Assembly: GCA_041650755.1 (NCBI GenBank)
Contig: JBAZKN010000001.1
Location: 314,309 to 378,308, forward strand
DNA from: Patescibacteria group bacterium
GTDB lineage: Bacteria; Patescibacteriota; Patescibacteriia; UBA1558; GWA2-36-10
DNA: 64,000 bases
Direction of reading: 5' to 3'
In this document: positions 20,401-28,900 of the stretch, piece by piece
Layout: every line of letters begins with the position of its first letter
How positions within the stretch are numbered: the stretch's first letter is position 1
Notes under the pieces: generated by a model
Database searches by the model: none
Seen by the model: the letters and a program-made list of their open reading frames with translations, nothing else
What the model was told of the DNA's origin: nothing
Program-made: the position numbers and the translations under genes

Positions 20401-22552
20401 TTGGGCTGCTGAAATCAGTCACTAATTGATTATCGTAATAGCTGACCTGATAGGCGTTATTGCCAAAATTATCCCCAATCAAATCAACCTGATTGCCGGG
20501 CTGGCCATTATCGGGATAAAGAGCACATAGACCAGGCCGCAAAGTGCTGGTATTGACCAAAAAATCTTTAGGATCACTTTGTCTGGCATCAGACCTGACC
20601 ACTGTGACTGGATAAGTAACATTGATCGGCAAAGTATCTGGAACTTTCACTATAATCTGACTATCTCTCCAAAAAGTAGTAGAACATTGTATAGGAAAAG
20701 CAAAACTGCCCGGAGTACTGCCAAACAAGACTGTGCTTTGGCCGGATACATATGAACCAAAGTTAGCGCCCCTAATAGTCACATATTGATTGTGGGGGCC
20801 ACTGCCCGGATCAATCTCTGCAATTACCGGCTCACCATCCAAGGTGGCTGACACGTAAAAGGGATATGGATTGCTAAGTTCCGTACCAGAGTTGATCTGT
20901 ATACCGACACTACCTGGCTGCAAATTTGGTACAGTTGAAGCAGCTTGATCAAGGGTTGTGTTAATAGCAATATCATACCCGGGTATGCCCCCATAAGTGA
21001 CCTGATCGCCCGTATTATTAGTAAAATTGATACCAGTAATAGTCACCGGTGTTTCAAAAGACCCGGAACTTCTATCAGCCAGACAAATACCCGGACGGTT
21101 TATATCATTTTTAGAAAAAGTGGCTGGCGCACTAGATAATGAAATTGGTGCTGCTGCGGTCACTTCTACATCTAGAATGCCGTTAGGCAGAGTTGGCGGC
21201 ACACCAATAATAATATAATTATCTGTCCAGGTATCGGCATTGGAGCAGGCTGCATTTAGAGTACTAGGCAAAATCCCTGGGGCTGACTGAGTAGTTGAAT
21301 AAAAAGTGACTTGCCCTCTGCTTACGCCAAAATTTCTACCCTGAATAGTAACCAAGTTGTTGCCAGCGCCATTATTTGGAGTAATGGCGCTAATCACTGG
21401 CGCATTGACTGCCTGATCACCGGACAAACAAATGCTGCTAGGCCTACACTGGTTAGCTGAACAACAGCCAGTAGCCGGACATTCAGCAGTGTTATTATTA
21501 TCATTATTATTACAAGTCACACTTAAAAAGCTAGGATTACTAATATTAGCCGCGCTATTGAGCCTGACCTGCACATTGCCGCTCAAAGCATCATTGGGGA
21601 TATTGAAAGTAATCAGGCCATCAGACCAGCTGGAAATATCGGGCGTACCACCCACCAAAATACGTGATTGGGGGCTATTGGCAAAATCAATATAAACATC
21701 GTCATTGGCCGTTGGCGCATCACCAAAACCACGGCCCTCTATATTTAGAGTAGTGCCAATCGGACCACTGTTTGGATTGAGGCAGAAAATACTAGGATTA
21801 GTAGCATCTGTGATAGTAAAAGTGGGACCAAGCTGAGGAAAAACACCATCAGCATTGATTACCGCATTGTGGACAGTAATATAGTATCCATTGCCCGGCG
21901 TCAAACTAGTGGGCACTATAGCCACAATATTTCTATCTGACCAAGTGGTATTACCGGCGCAACTGGCAATCTCTGCTTGAGCTGAATGGCCATTATGATC
22001 ATCAAATGTGACTGTGCCCATGGTATTGCCAAAGTGCCAACCACTGATAGTCACGGCCGTGCCTAAACCAGCGCTATATGGACTAACACGACAAATAAAC
22101 ACTTCATTAGCATTGCTTGGCTCATCGCAAGCTCCTGGTAGGGTAGGATCCGGCGGAGATGGATTTGTTTCTTCGGTAGTAATACCGGTAGCGCTGCCTA
22201 ACCTTTCTATGATAAAACGACTTAAGGCATAGGCCGAAAAAATGATTAAAATACCAATTACTGCGCTGATAATAACCATCTTGGCGCGTTGTACTTTATC
22301 CCGATCGCCATGTGAAGTCAGCCAAAGGAAACCTCCATACAGAATAAATAAAATAGCCAGCGCTCCCAGGAAAGACAAAATAATATTAATAATGTTTGAA
22401 ACTGTCTGGTATATGTTCCGCGTCGAGTACACCAAAAGATTATTGAGATTTTCCGTGCCAAAATTAGTCACGTTGATCTGAGCCAAAGCATGGGGCAGAT
22501 GAAATATGCTCCCCAAATCAAGGCTGTTAATAAAAGTCAAAAATTCTTGCAT
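14489..22552 (-). CDS. giant multidomain surface protein or adhesin (2687 aa)
   Basis: Single uninterrupted ORF. N-terminus: signal peptide plus two hydrophobic helices (a VirB2/TrbC-like pilin-type module). Then at least four IPT/TIG-like repeats (P.I..I.P..G..G..V.I.G.NFG), Ig-like domains and an FN3 domain. Then many Cys-rich repeats of the Myxococcus-type CG[ND]G..[ED]..E.CD pattern. C-terminal vWA domain with a DMSASMS MIDAS-like motif. Confidence 0.8.
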   Translation of the reverse strand: MQEFLTFINSLDLGSIFHLPHALAQINVTNFGTENLNNLLVYSTRNIYQTVSNIINIILSFLGALAILFILYGGFLWLTSHGDRDKVQRAKMVIISAVIGILIIFSAYALSRFIIERLGSATGITTEETNPSPPDPTLPGACDEPSNANEVFICRVSPYSAGLGTAVTISGWHFGNTMGTVTFDDHNGHSAQAEIASCAGNTTWSDRNIVAIVPTSLTPGNGYYITVHNAVINADGVFPQLGPTFTITDATNPSIFCLNPNSGPIGTTLNIEGRGFGDAPTANDDVYIDFANSPQSRILVGGTPDISSWSDGLITFNIPNDALSGNVQVRLNSAANISNPSFLSVTCNNNDNNNTAECPATGCCSANQCRPSSICLSGDQAVNAPVISAITPNNGAGNNLVTIQGRNFGVSRGQVTFYSTTQSAPGILPSTLNAACSNADTWTDNYIIIGVPPTLPNGILDVEVTAAAPISLSSAPATFSKNDINRPGICLADRSSGSFETPVTITGINFTNNTGDQVTYGGIPGYDIAINTTLDQAASTVPNLQPGSVGIQINSGTELSNPYPFYVSATLDGEPVIAEIDPGSGPHNQYVTIRGANFGSYVSGQSTVLFGSTPGSFAFPIQCSTTFWRDSQIIVKVPDTLPINVTYPVTVVRSDARQSDPKDFLVNTSTLRPGLCALYPDNGQPGNQVDLIGDNFGNNAYQVSYYDNQLVTDFSSPSFWIDSQIRTRVPENARSGPVRALSTATSSNSLNFSVGSCGRDSDCQALGYSTCCPRDVGNYCADSCETIRSCTYGWRITTQAAPITELNVSDQWPSCTDSCNNPQIGVRFNSALLEATVLPANFAIRDTDNNTVAITGLDWNRSDNSVVLNYNGNLTLGDTYQVSILTGLQNIYNDGFDEPYTWTFTVGNENCQFQSVELIPSTATATRTNQLVGFSATPLSDPDICGGQPLSCTNCQWNWSSSQPSIATVGTGTQSVNAISTGSTTNLTGSTNISCRVDQSGNSATGQAILNIDYTLYVGSLSVINWWPNCNGACINSQVRVDFSSPLSTGSVTPTNFRITDSSGNLISDGSLPQMNGDRSVIVGHYPFDLGQTYTLTVNGAVSSISGATLGSNFERTFSMASNPADCVVSSVDVVPEREPDYGFVATRRNQSILYEALTFGSNEACTNIPIDCQNCSYAWDTIDHTVATVSPNNIARPYVTISPGANNGDNTDVTVRVTDLGVTSNSNDLLSVSLYQGAAPEIYEYHPPQGSINQCLNVAISVTFTELMNTQSLRDGIKVYDISNAANPVAVDGYLSVSSAAGRTTAVFNPRPYLQPNRTYRAVVANTVVSIENVNMAAEFSWTFSTGTEVCRISYATIDPSSDIITCAHNRCPGDVMPISADGNQHQYLAKAYDVRGTQLSSTGLDFTWRTRNVAPNNLLDLVFGNNVDTLVATVVNKNGDEVLLVDIVDGDLSDQINLGQVSVSANITIFLCENPWPDLNAFPWAPYTGSYNYNFSTYYCQNSGINDETVLPSLNVPLPTSPNPVGVLPDGEFIFTVNPSITMRAGNLFGSLALAESKSQLKENGKNWLKFLSKIFTPRALSQESLPVNSPSAPTNLTAVSATASGISLTWTDVSGGTHQESGFVVERREVNTGEIVTVALPADSTSYIDRSIQVDVNYAYRVGATSSQTSVIFWGASIAVSIASDQSGIDIIGIRVMGNPEHLSVSDWYRQHAPNPNQTGNLIEVDGYPALQVGNTTYIAATNLSGGLLYTNIYLISYNVGARPYTQEIVNQILGNFKLNINITTGQSNLCSFDGVLSTQTCSSNFDCVRSGSSYSCDSRGLKLRRDTKRLGDLLSIKKSLDNYGVAHKACSTNAQISCVTNSQCPSNGTCVPYYPMLNAGSFVRGQSNSKWPSWQETFGSTLASQSLPVDPINQFNGCSADGFDPDTCWNESTLTFNCPADSLLYYYKRNDTGSGYNLAANFEYDSQAWAGITFASSLVNTGTSVRGLLSPLSATLDNICNGTGANISNPSCGNGIIDSGEECDGGYLDYRCDATPDLGNHDWWNEQKFGCNPPGTLSDTGALIECRWYAPLTPLTESQCGGYCRDNSLETAYERCESVNGVITYNNVVYSCGTGYTLTCPTNSCQPTCTLLGSNYPAAACGDGVWAQGVEQCDGSANPSGLANWDCTLNGNARCNNTCRVVCDVDISTPYQGKCGDGIIQDFSICSNNPSQACTNSSQCGSGVCVQAERCDYASYITPDTNQATGEPAPIPNAAYTCSQACDFVSQPYCGDRTVQSNFGEICDTNLAIRPTPAQSNVDNQYACRMTSDATNDRCTPTSGGWCGNGTVENGQNSTINAGEVCDSLNYSISPDQSSQTSQYVCDNSCQTSGGWCGNGTVESSYGEACDYGSGTIEKRVDAVFIFDMSASMSTAADQFCDSLSSVINSLQNNNVNFRLTIMPLGDSPSNNLTPSMADNIDTIFTVNELDIDGTDCPQYFYYNTIQLPGSVTTFNTLVPNCTLPTVNAPNVIRVRSFYDASTNDIASTVVANNCTDMTYPATGNCVVQDEYAGNIENWAYATAKIAEAYQWINDYQRIIVPVSDEYAWCGGNSTIFTNDDNYGPGVTSGWLYDAVQNAIDNNIHISPVFFNTYTPAVEAATNVANDTGGSLITDNTGWDTNIMRIVNSAFCDGNGDGIMDCTLPNN

Positions 22553-22582
22553 GTTTGTATTTTTATTTGACTAAAATTTATC

Positions 22583-24202
22583 TTATGGTGCTGGCACTTG
22601 CCAACCGCCTGGTATGGCGCCACCGCCAGTAGTACAAGCGGCACAACCCGTACCCACACAAGCGCAAGGATACCAACAATTTTGGTGACTATCTTTGACG
22701 CCAGACAAAACATTTATATTATAACTGGTGTTGGTCTCCAATTTATCATGACGAATATTGATGATATTGCCGACAGCATAGGGACTATAATTAATATCAC
22801 CAATTAAATTCCTATAAAATCTGACGCTATCCGAATTTACCGAGCCAGCAAATAAGGGCTTATCAAAAGTAGCTGTCACATTATTTACTAAAGAAAAACT
22901 ATTACTAGAATCCATAGCTGTCATCACGGGTGGCGCCAAATCCAAAGTATCATTAACCACAAAAATCCAATCTCTATTGCCACCGGCCACATTATCATTG
23001 TCACCATCCAATCTGTTGCCGGCCATATCAGTAATGTTGTCTGTTACCCGACCGCTAAAATTGCCGGCCGGCAAACAATAAACATCCTGACCGCAAGAAT
23101 TCTGCACACAAGCTGTTCCGGTAGTAAATTCTACTGTCCGATACTGATTTGAGATCAGGTATTGACCAGCCATATGTGTGGGGTCGCCACTGCGATCAAT
23201 ATATATATTGGAAAAACCGCCAGAACCAGTGGAAATGCCGGAAGCCAAAATTGGATTTACCGACTCAGAAAAATTTATCTGCACCACTGTATTGCGCGGC
23301 ACAGCTGTCGACCCTTCTGGTATGATTAAAGTCACGCGCGGCGGAGTATTGTCTATTTCTGTGCCAACAGTAAATTGCCATGCATAATAACCCAAAGAAA
23401 AAGCTGGGATACCGTTAGCGCGCTGCCAGCCAGACAAAACCATTTCATAGCGCGTAATATCTCGATCGCTACCTAAATAATCAGTAGGATTGGTGCCATC
23501 ACCAAAAGGATTAAACTCAAAAATTTTAGGATTGTTTGGGTCATAAGTCACCCACATTTGGTCATCTTCCAAATCAATATTATCACTAACCTTATGAAGC
23601 CTCACATTATCATTATCAATATTGCAGCGCCGACGACCATCGGGCAAATCAGCACAGGGATTGCTTGTAAAATTAATATCCATCGGCTCCCTAAAAGTCA
23701 CATAAATATTGGTGTTGCGCGGCACGCCAATGGCGTCTCTGGCTGGATAATGGCTTTCTAGGACTCCTCCGCCCAAACCGCTGCCCGGACCATAGCCGCC
23801 GGGTGGTATACTTTCATCCACTCCGAATATGGCCGCTATTTGTTTGTCAAAAATCCAATTAACCAAAGCGTAAGAAGAAAAAATAATCGCCAGACCAATA
23901 ACAGCGCTAATTATCGTTTTTTTAGCTTGATCAATCTTGTCCTTATTGCCTCTAGAAGTCAGCCAGATAAAACCACCATAAAGAATTATCAAAATGGCCA
24001 GAGCGCCCAAGAAAGATAAGATGATATTGACAATACCAGTAACGGTCTCGTAGACATTTTTGGTAGAGTAAATCAGTAAATTATTGAGATTCTCGGTACC
24101 AAAATTAGTTACGTTGACTTGCGCCTGCGAAACTTGCGGCCACAAAAAAATAACTGCAAATAAAGCCATCAACTTTACAGTTACTTTTTTAATTATTAGC
24201 AT
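22583..24202 (-). CDS. 539-aa paralog sharing the pilin-like N-terminal module of the giant protein
   Basis: Its N-terminal roughly 120 aa align closely with those of the giant protein (QVNVTNFGTENLNNLLIYST..ILYGGFIWLTSRGNKDK). Ig-like middle region. Cys-rich C-terminus CWYPCACVGTGCAACTTGGG. Confidence 0.7.
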   Translation of the reverse strand: MLIIKKVTVKLMALFAVIFLWPQVSQAQVNVTNFGTENLNNLLIYSTKNVYETVTGIVNIILSFLGALAILIILYGGFIWLTSRGNKDKIDQAKKTIISAVIGLAIIFSSYALVNWIFDKQIAAIFGVDESIPPGGYGPGSGLGGGVLESHYPARDAIGVPRNTNIYVTFREPMDINFTSNPCADLPDGRRRCNIDNDNVRLHKVSDNIDLEDDQMWVTYDPNNPKIFEFNPFGDGTNPTDYLGSDRDITRYEMVLSGWQRANGIPAFSLGYYAWQFTVGTEIDNTPPRVTLIIPEGSTAVPRNTVVQINFSESVNPILASGISTGSGGFSNIYIDRSGDPTHMAGQYLISNQYRTVEFTTGTACVQNSCGQDVYCLPAGNFSGRVTDNITDMAGNRLDGDNDNVAGGNRDWIFVVNDTLDLAPPVMTAMDSSNSFSLVNNVTATFDKPLFAGSVNSDSVRFYRNLIGDINYSPYAVGNIINIRHDKLETNTSYNINVLSGVKDSHQNCWYPCACVGTGCAACTTGGGAIPGGWQVPAP

Positions 24203-24231
24203 GGGATAATGTATTTAATTTTTAATTTTAT

Positions 24232-24687
24232 TTATAAGCCGAGTTTGGCTTTGACCAAGCGCTGAACCGTCTGGCCATCAGCCTGGCCGCCAGTTTTGGC
24301 CATAACCGTCTTCATGGCTTGACCAAAATTATTTATTCCCGAGGAAATCACCTCATCTACTATAGCGGCTATGTCTGTCTCTGACATCTGGCTGGGCATG
24401 TATTTCTCCAAAATTTCCACCTCCCGCTCTTCTTTATCAGCCAAATCTTGCCGCCTGCCCGCCTTAAATTGGCTAATAGAATCCTGCCTTTTTTTCGCCT
24501 CCCGACGCAAAACAGCGGCTATTTCACTATCCTCTAGCTCGGGTTTGCGCAATTCGATGGCTTGATTCTTGATGGCGCTTTTGATCAAACGCAAAGTAGA
24601 AACCACTGCCTCATTTTTATCTTTCAAGGCTTGTTTCAAATCGTTTTCTATATCTAAATTTAAAGACATATAATAATATTTAAACAA
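24232..24687 (-). CDS. yqeY: GatB/YqeY domain protein
   Basis: 151 aa matching the YqeY family (LKQALKDKNEAVVSTLRLIKSAI). Conserved position downstream of rpsU. Confidence 0.8.
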   Translation of the reverse strand: MFKYYYMSLNLDIENDLKQALKDKNEAVVSTLRLIKSAIKNQAIELRKPELEDSEIAAVLRREAKKRQDSISQFKAGRRQDLADKEEREVEILEKYMPSQMSETDIAAIVDEVISSGINNFGQAMKTVMAKTGGQADGQTVQRLVKAKLGL

Positions 24688-24741
24688 TAATCGTCACTAT
24701 TTTGTTTGTTAGCAAGCCGCTGAACAAACAAAAACTAACGA

Positions 24742-24987
24742 CTATCTTTTTTTGGTCTTTTTAAAAGCTACTTCGTCAAATTTACCGATTCGTTTTAGAT
24801 AATCCAATTTTCCAGATATTTGCTTGCGTCGCAAAGCACTAGCCTTTAGCTCACGCTTGGTTTTTGGCTTATTGTAAAACCTGACTTTTTTGGCCTGCAA
24901 AATCTTGCCGCTCTGGATAGTCTTTTTGGTAAACCGACGAATCATTGCTTCAAAAGATTCGCCATCTTTTCGTTTGACTTCCAACAC
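24742..24987 (-). CDS. rpsU: 30S ribosomal protein bS21
   Basis: 81 aa, basic. Begins MLEVKRKDGESFEAMIRRFTKK. Confidence 0.85.
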   Translation of the reverse strand: MLEVKRKDGESFEAMIRRFTKKTIQSGKILQAKKVRFYNKPKTKRELKASALRRKQISGKLDYLKRIGKFDEVAFKKTKKR

Positions 24988-25103
24988 TGATGGTCACCCC
25001 CTTATCTAAAGTATTTTTAATAATGAATTTATCCACAAGACTAACTGCTAAAAAAGCAATTATTCTTATAGTTATCATGACACAAATTATTACAAAAGTC
25101 AAC

Positions 25104-25148
25104 AAAAAACAAAATCCGCCCCTTAGCTTTTTTTAGCCAGAGGCGGAC
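25104..25148 (-). terminator. intrinsic terminator after hisS
   Basis: Stem tccgcc / ggcgga flanking a 21-nt loop, followed on the minus strand by TTTTGTTTTTT. Confidence 0.45.
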
Positions 25149-25169
25149 CTTAAAATTATATAGGTAAAT

Positions 25170-26498
25170 TTATTTCAACTTTTTGGTTTTGATGAGTTTA
25201 GCACCCTCGTGATCCAATCTTTTTCTTAATTCATTCTTGACTTTACGATAATCAAGAATTTCTTGGACACCGCTCTCCATGTCGCGCAATAAAACCGTGC
25301 CATCGGCAATTTCTTTTTGGCCCAAAATCAAAGTATATTTGACGCCTTTGCGATTAGCCGCTTCTAGCTGGTCCTTTAAACCTTTTTTGGACATGCTTTC
25401 AATCACTTCAAAGCCATCCAGACGCAAATCTTCAAATAACTTCAAGGCCTGTTTGCGAGCCTCTACCCCCAGTTGAGCAACATAAACTTCAAAACTTTTT
25501 TGCGGCGGTGGGACGATCTTGTTTTCTTGTAATTTAAAAATCACCCGCTCCAGACCGACGGCAAAACCAATCGCTGGTGTAGACCGACCACCTAAAATTT
25601 CAACTAAATTATCGTAGCGTCCACCGCCACCCAAAGCTTGTAGCTTGCCCTGCTCACTGGTCTCAAATATTTCCCAGGCGGTTTTAGTATAATAATCCAA
25701 ACCCCTGACAATCCGCGGATTCAGATTATATTTAATATCCATGTCTTCCAGATAATCCAAAACACCCATGAAATGGTTCTTGCAATCTTCGCATAAATAA
25801 TCAACTAGTTGAGGTGCGCCGCCAGATATCTCTTGACACCTCTTGTTTTTACAATCCAACAAGCGCAAAGTATTTTTTGACCAGCGCTGTTGGCAATCAG
25901 GACACAGTTCTTTTTTATAATTTTGATAATAATTTTTGAGAGCTTTGAGATACTGTGGTCGGCAATTATCATCACCCACACTATTGATGTGAATCTCTAT
26001 ATCAAGACCAAGCTCTCTCAAAAAGTTATAAGACAAAATAATCAATTGGGCATCAATCACCGGGTCAATCTCACCCAAGACCTCAAAGCCAAATTGCCAA
26101 AACTGGCGATAACGACCAGCCTGTGGTTTATCGTGACGAAAAAATGGTCCAAAATAATAAAGTTTGACAGGCTGCGGCAGATTGATCATGCCGTGTTCAA
26201 TATAGCTCCTGACTACACCAGCGGTATTTTCCGGACGCAAAGATAGTTTATCACCACCTTCAGTCACAAAAGAATACATTTCTTTGCTGACGACATCTGT
26301 CTCCTCACCCACACCCCGCTTGAACAAACTGGTAAATTCAACTATGGGCGTGTCGATCTTAGCAAAACCATAATGCCGGCCAAACTTATCTACTTTATCA
26401 CGCAACCAAAACCAATAATGCTGTTCATCTGGCAAGATATCTTTCATGCCTTTGACCAGCTGCAGTGGGGGCTTTTTGACTTTTTTGTTAGTAGACAT
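25170..26498 (-). CDS. hisS: histidyl-tRNA synthetase
   Basis: 442 aa class II aminoacyl-tRNA synthetase. HisRS blocks FRHDKPQAGRYRQFWQ and GGGGRYD, plus a C-terminal anticodon-binding domain. Confidence 0.92.
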   Translation of the reverse strand: MSTNKKVKKPPLQLVKGMKDILPDEQHYWFWLRDKVDKFGRHYGFAKIDTPIVEFTSLFKRGVGEETDVVSKEMYSFVTEGGDKLSLRPENTAGVVRSYIEHGMINLPQPVKLYYFGPFFRHDKPQAGRYRQFWQFGFEVLGEIDPVIDAQLIILSYNFLRELGLDIEIHINSVGDDNCRPQYLKALKNYYQNYKKELCPDCQQRWSKNTLRLLDCKNKRCQEISGGAPQLVDYLCEDCKNHFMGVLDYLEDMDIKYNLNPRIVRGLDYYTKTAWEIFETSEQGKLQALGGGGRYDNLVEILGGRSTPAIGFAVGLERVIFKLQENKIVPPPQKSFEVYVAQLGVEARKQALKLFEDLRLDGFEVIESMSKKGLKDQLEAANRKGVKYTLILGQKEIADGTVLLRDMESGVQEILDYRKVKNELRKRLDHEGAKLIKTKKLK

Positions 26499-26503
26499 AA
26501 GCT

Positions 26504-27169
26504 TTACTTATATTCTGGGGCATTAAAAGTATTAAAACGATCAAACGGCCAGACGCGCAACCAGACCTTGCCGATTATATCGCCACGCTTGATTGGACCC
26601 AGGCGTCGCGAATCATAACTGTTGTTTCGATTATCACCCATGACAAAATATTCATCATATTTTAGATTGACCGGGCCATAATAGTCATTGGAAAAATTCT
26701 GGATATAAGTTTCTTCCAATAATTCATCATTGACATATACCCGGCCCTGCTTGATTTCCAGCTTATCGCCCGGCAAACCAATGACCCTCTTGATAAAATA
26801 AACTTTGCGATCCTCTGGATCTTTTAGTATCACCACCTCACCGCGTTTAGGCGTCTCGAATCTATAACTAATTTCATTGATGATCAAATACTCCTTATCG
26901 TAAAAATTCTGCTCCATAGAAGCGCCCTGAACATAGAAAGGCTGCACTAAAAAATATCGAATAGGCAAAATAATAGCCAAGGATATAAAAACAACTTTTA
27001 CAATTTCAAAAACCAAAGATCCGGCTTTTTTGGCTACGCTCATGCTGGGGCCGTCATCTTCTTCGGAAAATTGTTCTAAATTTAATTCTTCAAGAGTAGA
27101 GTCGGGCTGCGGCTCTGTCACTGGCTGCTCGGCCGGCTCTTGATACTCTAGCTTATCTTTTTGATCCAT
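26504..27169 (-). CDS. lepB: signal peptidase I
   Basis: 221 aa. Transmembrane anchor. S26 boxes GASMEQNF (catalytic Ser), KRVIGLPGD (Lys) and GDNRNNSYDSR. Confidence 0.85.
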   Translation of the reverse strand: MDQKDKLEYQEPAEQPVTEPQPDSTLEELNLEQFSEEDDGPSMSVAKKAGSLVFEIVKVVFISLAIILPIRYFLVQPFYVQGASMEQNFYDKEYLIINEISYRFETPKRGEVVILKDPEDRKVYFIKRVIGLPGDKLEIKQGRVYVNDELLEETYIQNFSNDYYGPVNLKYDEYFVMGDNRNNSYDSRRLGPIKRGDIIGKVWLRVWPFDRFNTFNAPEYK

Positions 27170-27254
27170 ATTTATTGCAAATTAGCTAAATTGTAGACTT
27201 ATTATACACAAAGGTTTGATTAAAAGCAAATAATAAATAGGTGTTTCTTCTGGT

Positions 27255-27283
27255 TTGACTTTTGCTGAATAAGTCACTATAAT
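27255..27283 (+). promoter_or_regulatory. sigma70-type promoter for the LCP gene
   Basis: TTGACT (27255-27260), 17-nt spacer, TATAAT (27278-27283). GAAGGAAGG ribosome-binding site before the ATG at 27332. Confidence 0.6.
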
Positions 27284-27331
27284 AGATATACTTTTTTAAC
27301 GAAATAGCATTTGAAGGAAGGTTAATCGCGC

Positions 27332-28888
27332 ATGGCGAGTGGTTTTAAACATCACGAAATCAATCTATCAGCCCCATCTGTCACTAGTAGTCGACCAGAA
27401 ACATACCCTATTTCTAGCTCCCCAGGCAGACCCACCAGGCTCAGCGGAAAGCGGAAGAAATTTTCCTGCTTTTTTATATTTCTGATTATTTTTTTCTCTA
27501 TCATCGGAGCTGTCTTATCGGCCAGCAACAATAGCTTCTTGGGTGGTGTCAAAAACAGCTACTTAATCAGACAAATCACCCATATCATCTATCCCGGACA
27601 AAAATATCTGGCCGGTGAAAAAGAAGACCGTATAAATTTATTGGCCGTGGGCATGGGTGGTGAAGGCCATAGCGGCCCCTATCTGACCGATACCATCATT
27701 ATTGCCAGCTTCAAACCATCCAGCAAAGAAGCTGCCCTTTTTTCCATACCGCGCGACACCATTGTAAAATACCAAGGAACTTATTATAAAATAAATGAAA
27801 TCTATACTTTGGGCCGAGAAAAAAATGATCAAGGCGGAAAACTAATGAAACAAGTGGTATCGGAAAATTTTGGCATACCCATACATTATTTTGGCGCCGT
27901 AGATTTTCAGGGCTTTGTGGAAATTATTGACTCCATAGGCGGCATCAAAGTAAATGTAGAAAAATCTTTCACCGACTATCAATTCCCCACGGCCGACTAT
28001 AAGGTCCAGACCATCAGCTTCAAAGAGGGCTGGCAAAAAATGGATGGCATTACTGCCCTGCGCTATGCCCGCTCTCGCCACGGAAATAATGGCGAAGGTT
28101 CCGATTTCGCCCGCATCAAACGTCAACAAAAAATTATTCTGGCCGCTAAAGACAAGGTGCTCTCCTTCAATACCTGGATCAACCCCAAAAAAATCGTGGA
28201 CATCTTTTCTCTAATGAACAAATACACTCAAACCGATATGGAGCCGTGGGAAGCGGTCAAGCTCGTCCATTTAGCCAAAGGATTGAATACACAAAATATC
28301 ATCACCCAATCTATCGATGATCGGCCGGGCGGCTATCTAAAGGCTGGCATTGCCGCCAATGGCGCCTATATACTCCAGCCCAACACCGGCAGCTATGACA
28401 AAATTAAGGAATTGATTAACAATATTTTTTCCTTTACCCAAATACCCAAAGAAGATGCCAAAATTGTCATTCAAAACGGCACAAATGTAGAAGGTCTGGC
28501 GCTCAAAGCAGTCAACTACTTAAACCAGATGGGCTATAACGTTCTGCGCTATGGCAATGATGCTACGCAAAATAAAATCAGCACTGTTGTTTATAGCTAT
28601 ACTGATAAAAAACCACGTACTCAAGAATCCCTAGAAAATATCTTCCAAACCAAAGCGCAGACAGCCGCTGACCCTAAATATTTTTCCCCTGAAATCGCCA
28701 AAAAATTTGATCTAAAAGATGATAAGGGCAACTGGCAAAACATTGATTTTTTGATTGTTTTGGGTTTAGACCAACAAATCGATGAAAGCAAACAACTAGT
28801 GCCAACTATTGACCCCAGCCTATATAACTCCTCTACTGCGACCAGCACCGTTTCTAGTACCAGCCCTTTTGATGGTATAATAAACTAG
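27332..28888 (+). CDS. LytR-CpsA-Psr (LCP) family cell-envelope phosphotransferase
   Basis: 518 aa. Transmembrane anchor. LCP core (INLLAVGMGG..TDTIIIASF..SIPRDT) plus a LytR_C-like C-terminal domain. Confidence 0.8.
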   Translation: MASGFKHHEINLSAPSVTSSRPETYPISSSPGRPTRLSGKRKKFSCFFIFLIIFFSIIGAVLSASNNSFLGGVKNSYLIRQITHIIYPGQKYLAGEKEDRINLLAVGMGGEGHSGPYLTDTIIIASFKPSSKEAALFSIPRDTIVKYQGTYYKINEIYTLGREKNDQGGKLMKQVVSENFGIPIHYFGAVDFQGFVEIIDSIGGIKVNVEKSFTDYQFPTADYKVQTISFKEGWQKMDGITALRYARSRHGNNGEGSDFARIKRQQKIILAAKDKVLSFNTWINPKKIVDIFSLMNKYTQTDMEPWEAVKLVHLAKGLNTQNIITQSIDDRPGGYLKAGIAANGAYILQPNTGSYDKIKELINNIFSFTQIPKEDAKIVIQNGTNVEGLALKAVNYLNQMGYNVLRYGNDATQNKISTVVYSYTDKKPRTQESLENIFQTKAQTAADPKYFSPEIAKKFDLKDDKGNWQNIDFLIVLGLDQQIDESKQLVPTIDPSLYNSSTATSTVSSTSPFDGIIN

Positions 28889-28900
28889 TAATCATTATTT

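Noticed and set aside
25029-25037. Perfect DnaA box TTATCCACA in the rpsU-hisS spacer
   Set aside because: A single isolated box with no cluster or AT-rich DNA-unwinding element and no dnaA or dnaN nearby. Insufficient to call an origin.
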